Below the pieces are notes generated by a model. That model had not been told where the DNA came from, did no database searches, and saw nothing but the letters and a program-made list of their open reading frames with translations. The position numbers and the translations under genes are program-made. Shown here piece after piece: positions 32,756 to 43,177 of a stretch of DNA of 64,000 nt; positions within the stretch are counted from its first letter, which is position 1, and each line of letters starts with the position of its first letter. Source of the DNA: Thermodesulfobacteriota bacterium (lineage in GTDB: Bacteria > Desulfobacterota_D > UBA1144 > Nemesobacterales > JAJCZQ01); the NCBI GenBank assembly GCA_965203965.1, contig CBDBDR010000017.1, positions 640,001 through 704,000 of the forward strand. Reading direction: 5' to 3'.

Positions 32756-32829
32756 GGGCTGTTAGCTCAGTCCGGTAGAGCAGCTGACTCTTAATCAGTC
32801 GGTCGTAGGTTCGAATCCTACACAGCCCA
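32756..32829 (+). tRNA. tRNA-Lys(CTT)
   Basis: GGGCTGT/ACAGCCC acceptor stem; anticodon loop CTCTTAA; GGTTCGAATCC; CCA not encoded. Confidence 0.96.
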
Positions 32830-32880
32830 TTGTTGTTTGTAATGAAAAGATTTAAGCAAATTTAATTTACAATCTGTGTT

Positions 32881-32962
32881 GCGAGAGTGGCGGAATTGGC
32901 AGACGCGCTAGATTTAGGATCTAGTACCGAAAGGTGTGGGAGTTCGACTCTCCCCTCTCGCA
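32881..32962 (+). tRNA. tRNA-Leu(TAG)
   Basis: GCGAGAG/CTCTCGC acceptor stem; anticodon TAG; variable arm; CCA not encoded. Confidence 0.96.
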
Positions 32963-32980
32963 TTTTATCCAAAAACTCCA

Positions 32981-33628
32981 ATGAAAAACTTGCTGACCCC
33001 ACTAAATAGATACTTCTTCTCTTCGCTGATAATTAACGCCTCTATACTTGTCTTTGCGAGTTCTCTGGGAGTTTGGGAGAAATCACCAATTATTACACAA
33101 GACGTCATTCAAATTTATGACATCCCAAAAGAGAAAGTAGTCGTCCCGCCCTCTAATAAAAAATTGCCTCCAAAAAAGGTTAAACCAAAGCAGATCAAGA
33201 AGAAAAAGATCCCTAAGGAAAAACCAATTGAAAGACCTGAAATACCCGCAAAAAAAGTAGAGGTAGAAGACATAAAGAAGGAAAAACCTGCCCCAGTTGA
33301 GACACCCCCAAAACTTCAAGCCAATCTTCCAAGAGTCATAATGACCAGTAGAGCCATGAGCGTAGAATGCAGAAAAAAGATCCGTAAAGGGTATGACAGA
33401 TTTGTACGTCACAGAAATTACGAGGGAAAAGTAGTTTTAAATATAGAAATACTAAAATCAGGCAAAGCTGGTGAAGTCAGTATCAGACAGACGTCTGGCT
33501 ATCCTAAACTTGATAAATTTGCAATCAATATTATCAAAAAATGTAAATCCATACCGAGGAAAAGAAACAACAGGGTGAGTTTTTCAGGATTGGCAATAGC
33601 CCCAATTCAATTTGGAATTGAGAAATAA
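32981..33628 (+). CDS. TonB-family energy transducer
   Basis: N-terminal TM, Lys/Pro-rich linker, TonB_C-like EGKVVL..SG..TSGYPKLD; start moved to ATG 32981, downstream of the tRNA. Confidence 0.75.
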   Translation: MKNLLTPLNRYFFSSLIINASILVFASSLGVWEKSPIITQDVIQIYDIPKEKVVVPPSNKKLPPKKVKPKQIKKKKIPKEKPIERPEIPAKKVEVEDIKKEKPAPVETPPKLQANLPRVIMTSRAMSVECRKKIRKGYDRFVRHRNYEGKVVLNIEILKSGKAGEVSIRQTSGYPKLDKFAINIIKKCKSIPRKRNNRVSFSGLAIAPIQFGIEK

Positions 33629-33634
33629 CACTCT

Positions 33635-33907
33635 TTACTTTTTCCTTTGTATCTCGGTGTAATACTCCACTTTCTGCTCATATTCCAATTTTAATCCATC
33701 ACAAACCGATCGCCTGGTTGAATTATCATTAAGGCAATCATTATATTTTGATTTTGCTTTTCTTACTTGATCTCTAGCTCGCAACAAGTCCTGCTTTTCA
33801 TTAGCTCTTCTGAAACTTGACTTGATCTCCTCACTCAATCCTTTTGACGTATCTTGAGTAACCCCACATCCCGTAACAAATAAAATTAAAAATAAAACTC
33901 TTTTCAT
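33635..33907 (-). CDS. hypothetical lipoprotein
   Basis: Lipobox FVTGC; helical body with a Cys pair. Confidence 0.65.
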   Translation of the reverse strand: MKRVLFLILFVTGCGVTQDTSKGLSEEIKSSFRRANEKQDLLRARDQVRKAKSKYNDCLNDNSTRRSVCDGLKLEYEQKVEYYTEIQRKK

Positions 33908-33940
33908 CTATAATTCCACAACAATAGGGGAATTGCGATA

Positions 33941-33969
33941 TTTACAATTTCCCGAGGTGGAAGTATAAT
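33941..33969 (+). promoter_or_regulatory. sigma70 promoter of tig-clpP-clpX
   Basis: TTTACA-17 nt-TATAAT. Confidence 0.65.
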
Positions 33970-34014
33970 AGCACACCTCAAGGATTTTTAAATCTGTTTA
34001 TGGAGTAACTACTT

Positions 34015-35319
34015 ATGAGGATCAATCTAGAAGATCTGAAAGAAACACAGAAAAAACTCAATGTTTACATCCCCTCGGACACTGTTGAGACAAAAAGGTC
34101 ATCAATATTTAATGAGTTCAAGAACAATGCAGATATCAAGGGATTCCGCAAGGGCAAAGCACCAAACCACTTTATACAATCAATGTATGAAAAATCCATA
34201 AATAAGGAAGTAGTTTCAGAACTTATTTCCGAATCATTTGAAAACGCCTTAAAAGAAGCGGATGTTTCCCCAGTGAGCAAGCCGGAATTAATGCCGGGTC
34301 AGATAGAAAAAGGTGGAGAATTTCACTATTCAGCAGTATTTGAAATAATCCCAAAATTTCAAGTCTCAAACTATGAAGGGTTGGAATTAAAAAAATCCAA
34401 AATTGAGGTTAAAAAAGAGGATATTGAAAGAGCGTTGACTGGTTTGAGGGAGAGAGTTTCACAAGAAAAATTAGTTGAAGAAAATAGGGAAGTCAAAACG
34501 GGAGACATTGTCATAATTAACTTTGAAGGAAAAATTGACGGTAAGACGGTCAAATACCTGAAGCAGGACAATGCAAAATTTACCATCGGCACAGGTCAGT
34601 TGTTAGAAGAATTTGAAAAAAACATTATTGGTTTAAAAAAAGGTGGTGAAAGCAGTTTTAACGTTGAGTATAAAGAGGACTTTCAATACAAGGAAGCTGC
34701 AGGTAAAACTGTAAATTATGTTTTAAATCTGGTGGATATATATGACAGGGTAGTCCCTGTGGCAAATAACAATTTTGCAAAAGAACTGGGATTCAAAAAC
34801 CTGAAGGAGCTTGAGGATAAGATCAAAGAAGATATTACATTACGACTCAACCACGTAGAGCAGAACAAGTTGAAAGAACAGATCATTGATATATGCAACA
34901 AAAATACAAAAGTTGAAATACCTGAAAGCCTTATAGAGGCAGAGGAAAGCAGACTGAAGAGAGATTTCGCAGCTCACTTCCAGCAACAGGGAATACCCGT
35001 TGAGGATATTGATGAAAAAGGTCAAGCAAAATTCAGGGAGATCGCCACTACAAACGTCAAAAGCTCTATTATTTTTGCAGAAATTGCAAAAAGAGAAAAC
35101 ATAAACCCTTCAAACAAAGAAATACAAGATAGATTGAAAAACCTATCCGACTCTCTACACGTACCAATGGATAAGATGCTGGATATGTATCAGGACAAAA
35201 ATATGATGGCAAACCTTGAAGCATCAATCACCGAAGACAAGGTCGTTGAATTTATAAAAGAAAAAGCCATTATCACGGAAGGGTTAGACAGTCAGGATAA
35301 AATTGACAAAAGTCTTTAA
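34015..35319 (+). CDS. tig: trigger factor
   Basis: GFRKGKAP ribosome-binding motif, FKBP-like domain, upstream of clpPX. Confidence 0.95.
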   Translation: MRINLEDLKETQKKLNVYIPSDTVETKRSSIFNEFKNNADIKGFRKGKAPNHFIQSMYEKSINKEVVSELISESFENALKEADVSPVSKPELMPGQIEKGGEFHYSAVFEIIPKFQVSNYEGLELKKSKIEVKKEDIERALTGLRERVSQEKLVEENREVKTGDIVIINFEGKIDGKTVKYLKQDNAKFTIGTGQLLEEFEKNIIGLKKGGESSFNVEYKEDFQYKEAAGKTVNYVLNLVDIYDRVVPVANNNFAKELGFKNLKELEDKIKEDITLRLNHVEQNKLKEQIIDICNKNTKVEIPESLIEAEESRLKRDFAAHFQQQGIPVEDIDEKGQAKFREIATTNVKSSIIFAEIAKRENINPSNKEIQDRLKNLSDSLHVPMDKMLDMYQDKNMMANLEASITEDKVVEFIKEKAIITEGLDSQDKIDKSL

Positions 35320-35340
35320 AATCGGCATGTTCTTAGGTTG

Positions 35341-35940
35341 ATGTCAAGTTACGTCCCCATAGTTATTGAGCAAACCAACAAGGGAGAAAGGGCCTATGAC
35401 ATATTCTCCCGACTTCTTAAAGAAAGGATAATTTTTATAGGCTCAGTAATAGATGATAACCTTGCTGACGTGGTAATTGCACAGCTCCTTTTTCTGGAAT
35501 CTGAAAATCCGGGCAAGCCCATATATATCTACATAAACTCGCCCGGGGGAAATGTAACTTCAGGATTGGCAATATACGATACGATGCAGTATGTAAAATC
35601 AGAGATTTGCACAATCTGTATCGGTCAAGCTGCAAGCATGGCAGCCGTGCTTCTCGCTTCAGGAGAAAAGGGACAAAGATATGCTCTTCCCCATGCACGG
35701 GTAATGCTCCATCAGGTATTGGGAGGCATACAAGGACAAGCCAGCGATATTGAAATACACTCAAAGGAAATACTTCGTATCAGGCAAGACCTGAATAAAA
35801 TCTTGGAACAACACACTGGTCAAAATCTAAAAAAAATTGAAAAAGATACAGACAGAGATTTCTTCATGGCACCGGACGATGCTTTGAAATACGGTGTGAT
35901 TGATAGTATAATCAGTGGGAGAGAGGAAGTGTTAAAGTGA
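35341..35940 (+). CDS. clpP: ATP-dependent Clp protease proteolytic subunit
   Basis: [35 protein letters not shown]. Confidence 0.98.
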   Translation: MSSYVPIVIEQTNKGERAYDIFSRLLKERIIFIGSVIDDNLADVVIAQLLFLESENPGKPIYIYINSPGGNVTSGLAIYDTMQYVKSEICTICIGQAASMAAVLLASGEKGQRYALPHARVMLHQVLGGIQGQASDIEIHSKEILRIRQDLNKILEQHTGQNLKKIEKDTDRDFFMAPDDALKYGVIDSIISGREEVLK

Positions 35941-37220
35941 AGAATAACAAGAAAGACACAAAACGCACAGCACTTTCATGCTCATTCTGCAGTAAAAACC
36001 AAAAAGAGGCGAGAAAACTAATTGCCGGTCCCGGCGTTTACATCTGTGATGAGTGCATAAAACTCTGCAATGAGATAATTTTAGAAGAACAAAAAAAAGA
36101 CGTTTCACTTGCACTAAACCAGACCTCTCTACCAATTCCATCCCAGATAAAATCATTTCTTGATGAATATATTGTAGGTCAGGACAATGCAAAAAAAGTC
36201 CTTTCAGTTGCAGTATATAACCATTACAAAAGGATAGATTTGAATGCACCTAACAATGACAAAGCAGATGACGATGACATAGAAATCCAAAAAAGCAATA
36301 TTATGCTGATTGGTCCCACAGGTTCTGGAAAAACCCTTTTAGCTCAAACTATGGCAAAATTACTTGATGTTCCCTTTACCATAGTTGATGCCACTTGTTA
36401 CACAGAAGCCGGCTACGTAGGTGAAGACGTTGAAAATATAGTGGTCAGCCTCTTGCAGGCTGCTGATTATGATGTGGACAAAGCATCAAAGGGAATTATC
36501 TACATTGATGAGATTGACAAGTTGGCAAGAAAATCCGGTTATAACACTTCAATAACAAGAGACGTATCAGGTGAAGGAGTCCAACAGGCTTTGCTAAAAA
36601 TAATGGAAGGAACAAAAGCAAATGTTCCTCCCAAGGGCGGTAGAAAGCATCCTCAGCAGGAATTCATTCAGATAGATACCTCTAACATCCTGTTCATATG
36701 TGGCGGTTCATTCTGTGGACTTGATAAAATTATAAAAAACAGGATCGGGGAAAAATCAATTGGTTTTGAAGCCAGCATAGATGAAATAGAAGAACAGGAC
36801 ACAGGTTCACTGATGAATATGTTGCAGCCGGAAGACAGTATTCATTTCGGACTAATACCGGAGTTTGTTGGTAGAATTCCAGTTGTAGCAATTTTGGACG
36901 AACTTGATGAGCAATGCCTTGTAAAGATTCTAACTCAACCTCAAAATGCACTTATAAAGCAGTTTCGAAAACTCATGGAACTGGACAGAATTGAATTGGA
37001 AGTAACTGAATCGGCACTGAAGGCTATTGCCTGTGAGGCAATAAAAAGAAAAACAGGAGCTCGTGGTCTGAGAAGCATAATTGAATCAATTATGCTTGAT
37101 ATATTTTACAATGCACCTTCTATGGAAGGTTTGAAAAGATGCGTCATAACCGAAGAGGCGGTTCAGAATACGGGTAGTCCACTGTATTTCTTTGAAGAAA
37201 AGAAACACTTTGGATCATAA
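35937..37220 (+). CDS. clpX: ATP-dependent Clp protease ATP-binding subunit ClpX
   Basis: CSFC zinc finger, [23 protein letters not shown] loop. Confidence 0.98.
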   Translation: MKNNKKDTKRTALSCSFCSKNQKEARKLIAGPGVYICDECIKLCNEIILEEQKKDVSLALNQTSLPIPSQIKSFLDEYIVGQDNAKKVLSVAVYNHYKRIDLNAPNNDKADDDDIEIQKSNIMLIGPTGSGKTLLAQTMAKLLDVPFTIVDATCYTEAGYVGEDVENIVVSLLQAADYDVDKASKGIIYIDEIDKLARKSGYNTSITRDVSGEGVQQALLKIMEGTKANVPPKGGRKHPQQEFIQIDTSNILFICGGSFCGLDKIIKNRIGEKSIGFEASIDEIEEQDTGSLMNMLQPEDSIHFGLIPEFVGRIPVVAILDELDEQCLVKILTQPQNALIKQFRKLMELDRIELEVTESALKAIACEAIKRKTGARGLRSIIESIMLDIFYNAPSMEGLKRCVITEEAVQNTGSPLYFFEEKKHFGS

Positions 37221-37285
37221 TTCCACCATTCAGATTTCCATTAGACAAAAATAATTTGTTCAGTTATAAACGTTATCCAAATTTT

Positions 37286-37360
37286 GGGCGGTTAGCTCAG
37301 CGGGAGAGCGCTTGCCTTACAAGCAAGATGTCACAGGTTCAAATCCTGTACCGCCCACCA
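37286..37360 (+). tRNA. tRNA-Val(TAC)
   Basis: GGGCGGT/ACCGCCC acceptor stem; anticodon TAC; CCA encoded. Confidence 0.96.
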
Positions 37361-37370
37361 CGTCGTCGGT

Positions 37371-37448
37371 GGGGCCGTAGTTCAGCCTGGTTAGAACGCT
37401 GGCCTGTCAAGCCAGAGGTCGCGAGTTCAAATCTCGTCGGTCCCGCCA
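37371..37448 (+). tRNA. tRNA-Asp(GTC)
   Basis: GGGGCCG/CGGTCCC acceptor stem; anticodon GTC; CCA encoded. Confidence 0.96.
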
Positions 37449-37475
37449 TTTATTGAGTTCTTACCCTAATTCACA

Positions 37476-39038
37476 ATGTCATTTGAACAGGCTTTAATCA
37501 ACTCAACAAAGATTGAAAAATTGTTAGATAGTAAATCCATCAAAAACCAATTAAGGGACAGGAAAAAATCAGCTAAAAATATCCTTGACCAGCTATGCCT
37601 GTTCAAAAAGGGAAACATACCGCTTGAATTGATAAGTCCTGCAAAAGTTGGAGACGGAATTATCAAGTTGAATGACAATAAAGTTGAAGAGCTTGTAAAT
37701 ATCTATAACAAACATTTGAATGATCTAAATGTAGTAAAATTTGTGCCTTCATCAGGCGCAGCCTCAAGAATGTTCAAAGACCTGTTATCGGAATATTCCG
37801 ACTATGTGAATGAAAAAGATGCCGAATTAAGAAACTATAAACATACAACCAGATTAATGGAAAATCTTGAACGGTTTGCCTTTTTTGAAGACCTAAAACT
37901 CCTGTGTGATATAAATGACAGGAAAAATTTTGCTGAAATTGTTAAAAAACTGCTTTTTGATGAAGGCCTAAATTACTCATACCTTCCAAAGGGATTGATA
38001 AAATTCCACGGAGATAACAATAAAGGTAAAACCGCTTTTGAAGAGCATTTGATTGAAGCCAAGCTCTACACCAAGGGAAAAAACAATTTATGCAATATAC
38101 ATTTTACAGTCCCTCAAAAGGCAAAATTCACAATAGAGCAACACCTGTCATTAATACGTGCAAAATATGAAGATAACAAAACGCATTACAACATAACCTG
38201 CTCAATTCAGGGTCCGTCAACCGACACAATCGCAGTAGATATGAACAATGAGCCAATCACTACTGAAGAAGGGAATTTGAATTTCCGTCCCGCGGGACAT
38301 GGAGCGCTAATTCAGAATCTAAACTCAATTGAAGCTGACATGATATACATAAAAAACATTGACAACGTAACAGTGGAAAGTCATCTGGAAGAAACAGTTA
38401 AATATAAAAAATTGCTCGGAGGCTACCTGTTATCCATAAAAAACAAATGCCATAATTTTCTCAAACTTATTGATCTTGGAAAATTGGGAAAAGAAATTTT
38501 CTACGGTATGGAAGAATTCATACAAAAACATCTGTCCATTGATATACAACAAAGCACTGATTTGAACAAGAAATTATCCACATATAAAGAGTTGCTTAAC
38601 AAGCCTATTAGGATTTGTGGCGTTGTAAAAAATGAAGATGAACCGGGCGGCGGTCCCTTCTGGACTAAATATGGCAGTTACAAAAGGTCTCTTCAAATTG
38701 TAGAGTCCGCACAGGTTGATACTTCTTCTAAACAGCAGGTAGATATATGGCGTTCGTCCACTTATTTTAACCCAGTGGATATAGTGTGTTGGATCAAAGA
38801 CTATAAGGGAAATAAATTTAACTTAAACAACTACATTGATCCAAATGCGGTAATAATTACCTCTAAAAGCAGTGGGAATACAGAAATAAAGGCACTTGAA
38901 CTACCGGGACTTTGGAATGGGGCAATGGCAGACTGGCTAACTGTTTTTGTAGAAGTGCCGCTTATAACTTTCAATCCGGTAAAAAATGTTTTTGATCTGC
39001 TGAGAAAAAATCACCAGATCAAGAGCACTGGTACGTAA
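37476..39038 (+). CDS. DUF4301 family protein
   Basis: KFVPSSGAASRMFK, FRPAGHGALIQNLN, KNIDNV, EPGGGPFW, LELPGLWNGAM, FNPVK. Confidence 0.85.
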   Translation: MSFEQALINSTKIEKLLDSKSIKNQLRDRKKSAKNILDQLCLFKKGNIPLELISPAKVGDGIIKLNDNKVEELVNIYNKHLNDLNVVKFVPSSGAASRMFKDLLSEYSDYVNEKDAELRNYKHTTRLMENLERFAFFEDLKLLCDINDRKNFAEIVKKLLFDEGLNYSYLPKGLIKFHGDNNKGKTAFEEHLIEAKLYTKGKNNLCNIHFTVPQKAKFTIEQHLSLIRAKYEDNKTHYNITCSIQGPSTDTIAVDMNNEPITTEEGNLNFRPAGHGALIQNLNSIEADMIYIKNIDNVTVESHLEETVKYKKLLGGYLLSIKNKCHNFLKLIDLGKLGKEIFYGMEEFIQKHLSIDIQQSTDLNKKLSTYKELLNKPIRICGVVKNEDEPGGGPFWTKYGSYKRSLQIVESAQVDTSSKQQVDIWRSSTYFNPVDIVCWIKDYKGNKFNLNNYIDPNAVIITSKSSGNTEIKALELPGLWNGAMADWLTVFVEVPLITFNPVKNVFDLLRKNHQIKSTGT

Positions 39039-39052
39039 TTACACGATCCATT

Positions 39053-40465
39053 ATGCTTAAAAACAGGCCAGACGTTCATTGTCTCTTACTCGCAGGTGGT
39101 GCCGGCTTGAGGCTTTGGCCCCTATCAAGAGAGTCTTATCCAAAACAGTTTTGCAGAGTTACAAACTCAGGATCACTTATACAATCCACCTATAAAAGAC
39201 TTTTGGATCTTTTTAACAAACAGAAAATATCTATCGTTACGGGAAAAAAACATAAATTTGAAGTGCAAAGGCACTTGTACAAATACAACCGGGAGATCGG
39301 CTCAAATATTATTACAGAACCAAATGGAAGAAATACTGCACCGGCGGTTTTACTTGGCACGTTAAAAATTATACAAAAAACGGCTGACCCAATCATTTTT
39401 ATATTCCCATCTGATCATGTAATAGAAAATATCGACAAACTAGGAACTGCCGTAAAAATGGCAACACAACTCGCAGAAAATGGTTATATAGCAACTCTCG
39501 GAATTAAGCCAAAATATCCCGAAACGGGATATGGCTATATTAAAGCCGGCAAAGAAATAAATGAACACACCCTGCTGGTGGACAGTTTTGTTGAAAAACC
39601 CAGTAAAACTCAAGCCAGAGAGTGCATTAAAAACAACAACTGGTTTTGGAACAGTGGAATATTTGCATTCAAAGCATCAAATATAATTGAGGAGTATAAA
39701 AAACGGCACGGAGAAATTGTTGATAAGCTAAGTAATATAGATTTAGACAAACTGACATCTGAATTTTACAATGGACTGCCGAATATCTCGTTTGATAAAG
39801 CCATTATGGAGCATACAAAAAAGACTGCTGTTATACCTATCTTTTTCAGTTGGAATGATCTCGGTTCATGGAAATCAGTTTATGATAATTCCAAAAAGGG
39901 AAATAACGGTACCGTTCTGGAAGGCAACGTTGTGGCTAAAAATTCTCATAACTGCCTTATAAAGGCTAAAAACAAGTTGATTGTTACCAATGGTATAAGC
40001 AATTTGGCTATTATTGATACTGAAGATGCCTTGCTCATATCCGACTTGAATTCATCCCCCGATATTAAATCCATTGTAAGCAATATGAAAAAGCAAGGTA
40101 AAGATGAAGTATTGAAACATAATACCGTTTATAGTCCCTGGGGGTATTTCACGGAACTATACAGCGACTGTGGGTATAGAATACGCAAAATAGTTATAAA
40201 TCCCGGCAGTGGGTTATCACTTAAAAAACGCCTGCACGGCTTGGAGCATTGGATTGTTTCCAAAGGCATTGCCAAAGTGATTAATGACAACAACACCGCT
40301 ATAATAAGGAAAGGCGAATCTGTTTTTATCCCCCAATCAAATGCTCAAAGAATTGAGAACATAGACACTGAGGAGCTTCATATTACAGAGGTGCAATTTG
40401 GAGAAAAACTTGAAGATGATGACATTATAATATTGGAAGATAACTATGGGAGAAGTAAACAATAA
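39053..40465 (+). CDS. manC: mannose-1-phosphate guanylyltransferase with C-terminal (degenerate) PMI cupin
   Basis: LAGGAGLRLWPLSR..PKQF, EPNGRNTAPA, PSDH, FVEKP, WNSG, WNDLGSW. Confidence 0.9.
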   Translation: MLKNRPDVHCLLLAGGAGLRLWPLSRESYPKQFCRVTNSGSLIQSTYKRLLDLFNKQKISIVTGKKHKFEVQRHLYKYNREIGSNIITEPNGRNTAPAVLLGTLKIIQKTADPIIFIFPSDHVIENIDKLGTAVKMATQLAENGYIATLGIKPKYPETGYGYIKAGKEINEHTLLVDSFVEKPSKTQARECIKNNNWFWNSGIFAFKASNIIEEYKKRHGEIVDKLSNIDLDKLTSEFYNGLPNISFDKAIMEHTKKTAVIPIFFSWNDLGSWKSVYDNSKKGNNGTVLEGNVVAKNSHNCLIKAKNKLIVTNGISNLAIIDTEDALLISDLNSSPDIKSIVSNMKKQGKDEVLKHNTVYSPWGYFTELYSDCGYRIRKIVINPGSGLSLKKRLHGLEHWIVSKGIAKVINDNNTAIIRKGESVFIPQSNAQRIENIDTEELHITEVQFGEKLEDDDIIILEDNYGRSKQ

Positions 40466-41443
40466 ATGATAACAAAAAACCGCATTGGCATTTTAACACC
40501 GTTTTTATTTGTAATTATAAACCTGTTTCAACCCTATGTATATGCTGAAACCATTGAATATTCAGTTCTATATACCGATTATATTGGCAAAGAATTCCCA
40601 TCACAAAGTTTTACAATCAACAATGTGGATTCACTGAACATTCTGCTTGAGAAATTAAAGAAGAAGCCCGAATCTATCAATGTAGATTTTAACAAGCAAG
40701 TCGTGAGCATTATTGTTCCTGATAGAGGACTCCATCCAGATCAGATAGAGATAAAGAGAATTTATAAACCAACAGAAGATAGGATCAACGTTGAATATAC
40801 CCTAAATTCAGTCCATTATGTACCTGAAAAGGATTATAAGCCGAGAAAACCATACATTGTTTTGGCATTAAAAACGGCTATAAAGGATAATCCACAGGTG
40901 AGTTTTCAAAATGTTAATCCTAGAGATCCCGTTTTTGCCAATCAGTCTCTTGGAAACTCACTAAACTATAAGAACACTTTGACCCGTGGAACTGCAAGTG
41001 AATCTCTTTTGGGTTACATTGCCTTTGATACAGGAAACAGTTGGACATACGAGATTGAGTCGGACTTTGTTAAGGGATACCAGACTTTTTCCGTGATCTC
41101 ACACACAAACGGTTGGTCAATCTTTGATTTTTTCTTTGGAAGAAGTAAAGTCGGAATGCAACTTACTCCACATGGACAGTTGATCATTCATTCAGGTAAA
41201 TGGACGAAGACATTTTACACCCCTGGAAGGATAACTGTAACCAACCCGAAAGAACCATTTGAAGTTAAGGCAGGAAAGTTTAAGGACACAATTGTTATAT
41301 CTTCCAAACCAAACTCCCCTATAACATTCAAGGATATTTACGCAAAGGACGTAGGTCTTATCTATCATGAGCATTCTTCACCAAGAGGGTCGGCAAAATA
41401 TAGTCTGACAAATGCAAATATCATGGGTCGCAATATCCCCTGA
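40466..41443 (+). CDS. secreted two-domain hypothetical protein
   Basis: Signal peptide; N-domain VDFNKQ..IEIKRI..PYIV (PrcB C-terminal-like); C-domain GNSWTY..VKAGKF..YAKDVGLI. Confidence 0.7.
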   Translation: MITKNRIGILTPFLFVIINLFQPYVYAETIEYSVLYTDYIGKEFPSQSFTINNVDSLNILLEKLKKKPESINVDFNKQVVSIIVPDRGLHPDQIEIKRIYKPTEDRINVEYTLNSVHYVPEKDYKPRKPYIVLALKTAIKDNPQVSFQNVNPRDPVFANQSLGNSLNYKNTLTRGTASESLLGYIAFDTGNSWTYEIESDFVKGYQTFSVISHTNGWSIFDFFFGRSKVGMQLTPHGQLIIHSGKWTKTFYTPGRITVTNPKEPFEVKAGKFKDTIVISSKPNSPITFKDIYAKDVGLIYHEHSSPRGSAKYSLTNANIMGRNIP

Positions 41444-41509
41444 TTATTGATGTGTCTGTATCAAATTGACACTTTTTTCTCTTGGGTTATTTTTCTTTTC
41501 ATTCATCAA

Positions 41510-41599
41510 GGAGAGGTGGCCGAGCGGACGAAGGCGCTCGCCTGCTAAGCGAGTAAGGGGCTTAAAACTCCTTCGAGGGTTCGAATCCCTCCCTCTCCG
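41510..41599 (+). tRNA. tRNA-Ser(GCT)
   Basis: GGAGAGG/CCTCTCC acceptor stem; anticodon GCT; long variable arm; CCA not encoded; TTGACA at 41466. Confidence 0.96.
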
Positions 41600-41607
41600 A
41601 TTCACAT

Positions 41608-42621
41608 ATGACCAACAAAACAACAAAACAACGTGCTTCTCTCAACCGCACTATTAATTTAAATAATAGCGAATTAGCAAAATACAAAAAACATCTTATC
41701 CAACTAAATAAATTAGTTTCTGATAATCCAGTCTCCATCGAAGATATTTTAAACAAAACCATACAACAAGATGTTTTTGAAGTTATAGATCATCTACCAG
41801 ACAAATTTGTAGATATTGTTTTTGTTGACCCGCCATATAACCTCAACAAGATGTTCAACCTTACCACTTTCAAAGAGATGGAGTCAGAAAAATATGAGAA
41901 ATGGCTTGATTCTTGGATGAGCAAAATAGTTCGCCTTTTGAAACCAACAGCGTCAGTTTATATCTGTGGTGATTGGAGATCATCTGGTGCGATTTTCAAC
42001 ATTGTTAGAAAGTATTTTAAAATCCAGAATCGCATAACATTTGAAAGAGAAAAAGGGCGGGGGGCAAAAAAGAATTGGAAAAATAGTTCTGAGGACATTT
42101 GGTTTTGCACTATGTCAAAGGATTATTATTTTAATGTTGATGCGGTAAAAATGAAAAGAAAGGTCATTGCACCATATCGTGATAATTCTGGCAATGCAAA
42201 AGATTGGAATGAGGATAAAGATGGTAAATATCGCTTAACATATCCTTCGAATATATGGACGGATATAACAATTCCTTTTTGGTCTATGCCAGAAAATACG
42301 GATCATCCTACGCAAAAGCCAGAAAAATTAGTTGCAAAAATACTACTTGCAAGTTCTAAACCAAAGGACGTTGTATTTGATCCATTTCTCGGTTCTGGCA
42401 CTACATCCGTTGTGGCAAAAAAATTAGAGAGAAATTACGTAGGCATTGAAATAGATGAGTATTATTGTTGCCTTGCCGAAAAACGCCTTGAAATAGCAGA
42501 ATCCAATAAAACAATACAAGGCTATTCCGATAATATTTTTTGGGAACGTAATAGCCTTAATGAACAAATAGACAGTAATAATAAGAATAGCGATTTGTAT
42601 ACATCTGTTACAAATGATTAG
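41608..42621 (+). CDS. orphan N4/N6 DNA methyltransferase (beta class)
   Basis: DPPY precedes HPTQKP and DPFLGSGTT. Confidence 0.92.
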   Translation: MTNKTTKQRASLNRTINLNNSELAKYKKHLIQLNKLVSDNPVSIEDILNKTIQQDVFEVIDHLPDKFVDIVFVDPPYNLNKMFNLTTFKEMESEKYEKWLDSWMSKIVRLLKPTASVYICGDWRSSGAIFNIVRKYFKIQNRITFEREKGRGAKKNWKNSSEDIWFCTMSKDYYFNVDAVKMKRKVIAPYRDNSGNAKDWNEDKDGKYRLTYPSNIWTDITIPFWSMPENTDHPTQKPEKLVAKILLASSKPKDVVFDPFLGSGTTSVVAKKLERNYVGIEIDEYYCCLAEKRLEIAESNKTIQGYSDNIFWERNSLNEQIDSNNKNSDLYTSVTND

Positions 42622-42741
42622 ATATTTTTTATCAGAAGGAACACTGTATTTGTTCCCTACATATCCCTTGAAATTAAACTAAAATTGCAAATACTTGCCA
42701 AATCTGTCAATGTATTTATAAACTCACTTGAAGGCAAAACA

Positions 42742-43170
42742 ATGATGATTATAAAATTCTTAACTTCCCGTGCAGCAATCAACAAAGATTTCGGCTTGTT
42801 GATTTTAAGAGTAATAATTGGTCTTAGCATGCTTGTCTTTCATGGTTATTCAAAGATAACGGGAGGCACGGAAGCATGGGCAAATATCGGCAAGAGAATG
42901 GGTTTGCTCGGTTTAGATTTTCTACCCGTTTTCTGGGGATTTATGGCTGGTTTTGCAGAGTTTGTCTGCTCTATCCTGATTATAATCGGGGTTTTATTCA
43001 GACCTGCTACAATTCTTCTTGCGTTTACAATGACTGTGGCTGTCTTAGTGCACTTGAATATGCCACCTGAAAATCCTGCAGCAGGATGGAGTGGAGCTTC
43101 ACATGCGTTGGAACTGCTCGCGGTTTATGTATGCCTGTTTTTTGTCGGTCCAGGAAAATACAGAATATAG
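42742..43170 (+). CDS. DoxX family membrane protein
   Basis: GLLILRV..HGYSKI, AEF..G..RPA, GPGKY. Confidence 0.88.
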   Translation: MMIIKFLTSRAAINKDFGLLILRVIIGLSMLVFHGYSKITGGTEAWANIGKRMGLLGLDFLPVFWGFMAGFAEFVCSILIIIGVLFRPATILLAFTMTVAVLVHLNMPPENPAAGWSGASHALELLAVYVCLFFVGPGKYRI

Positions 43171-43177
43171 TTATTAA

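Noticed and set aside
32936..41762. ORFs or ORF extensions overlapping tRNA-Leu, tRNA-Val/Asp and tRNA-Ser
   Set aside because: The tRNA genes explain them; the TonB start was reassigned to 32981.
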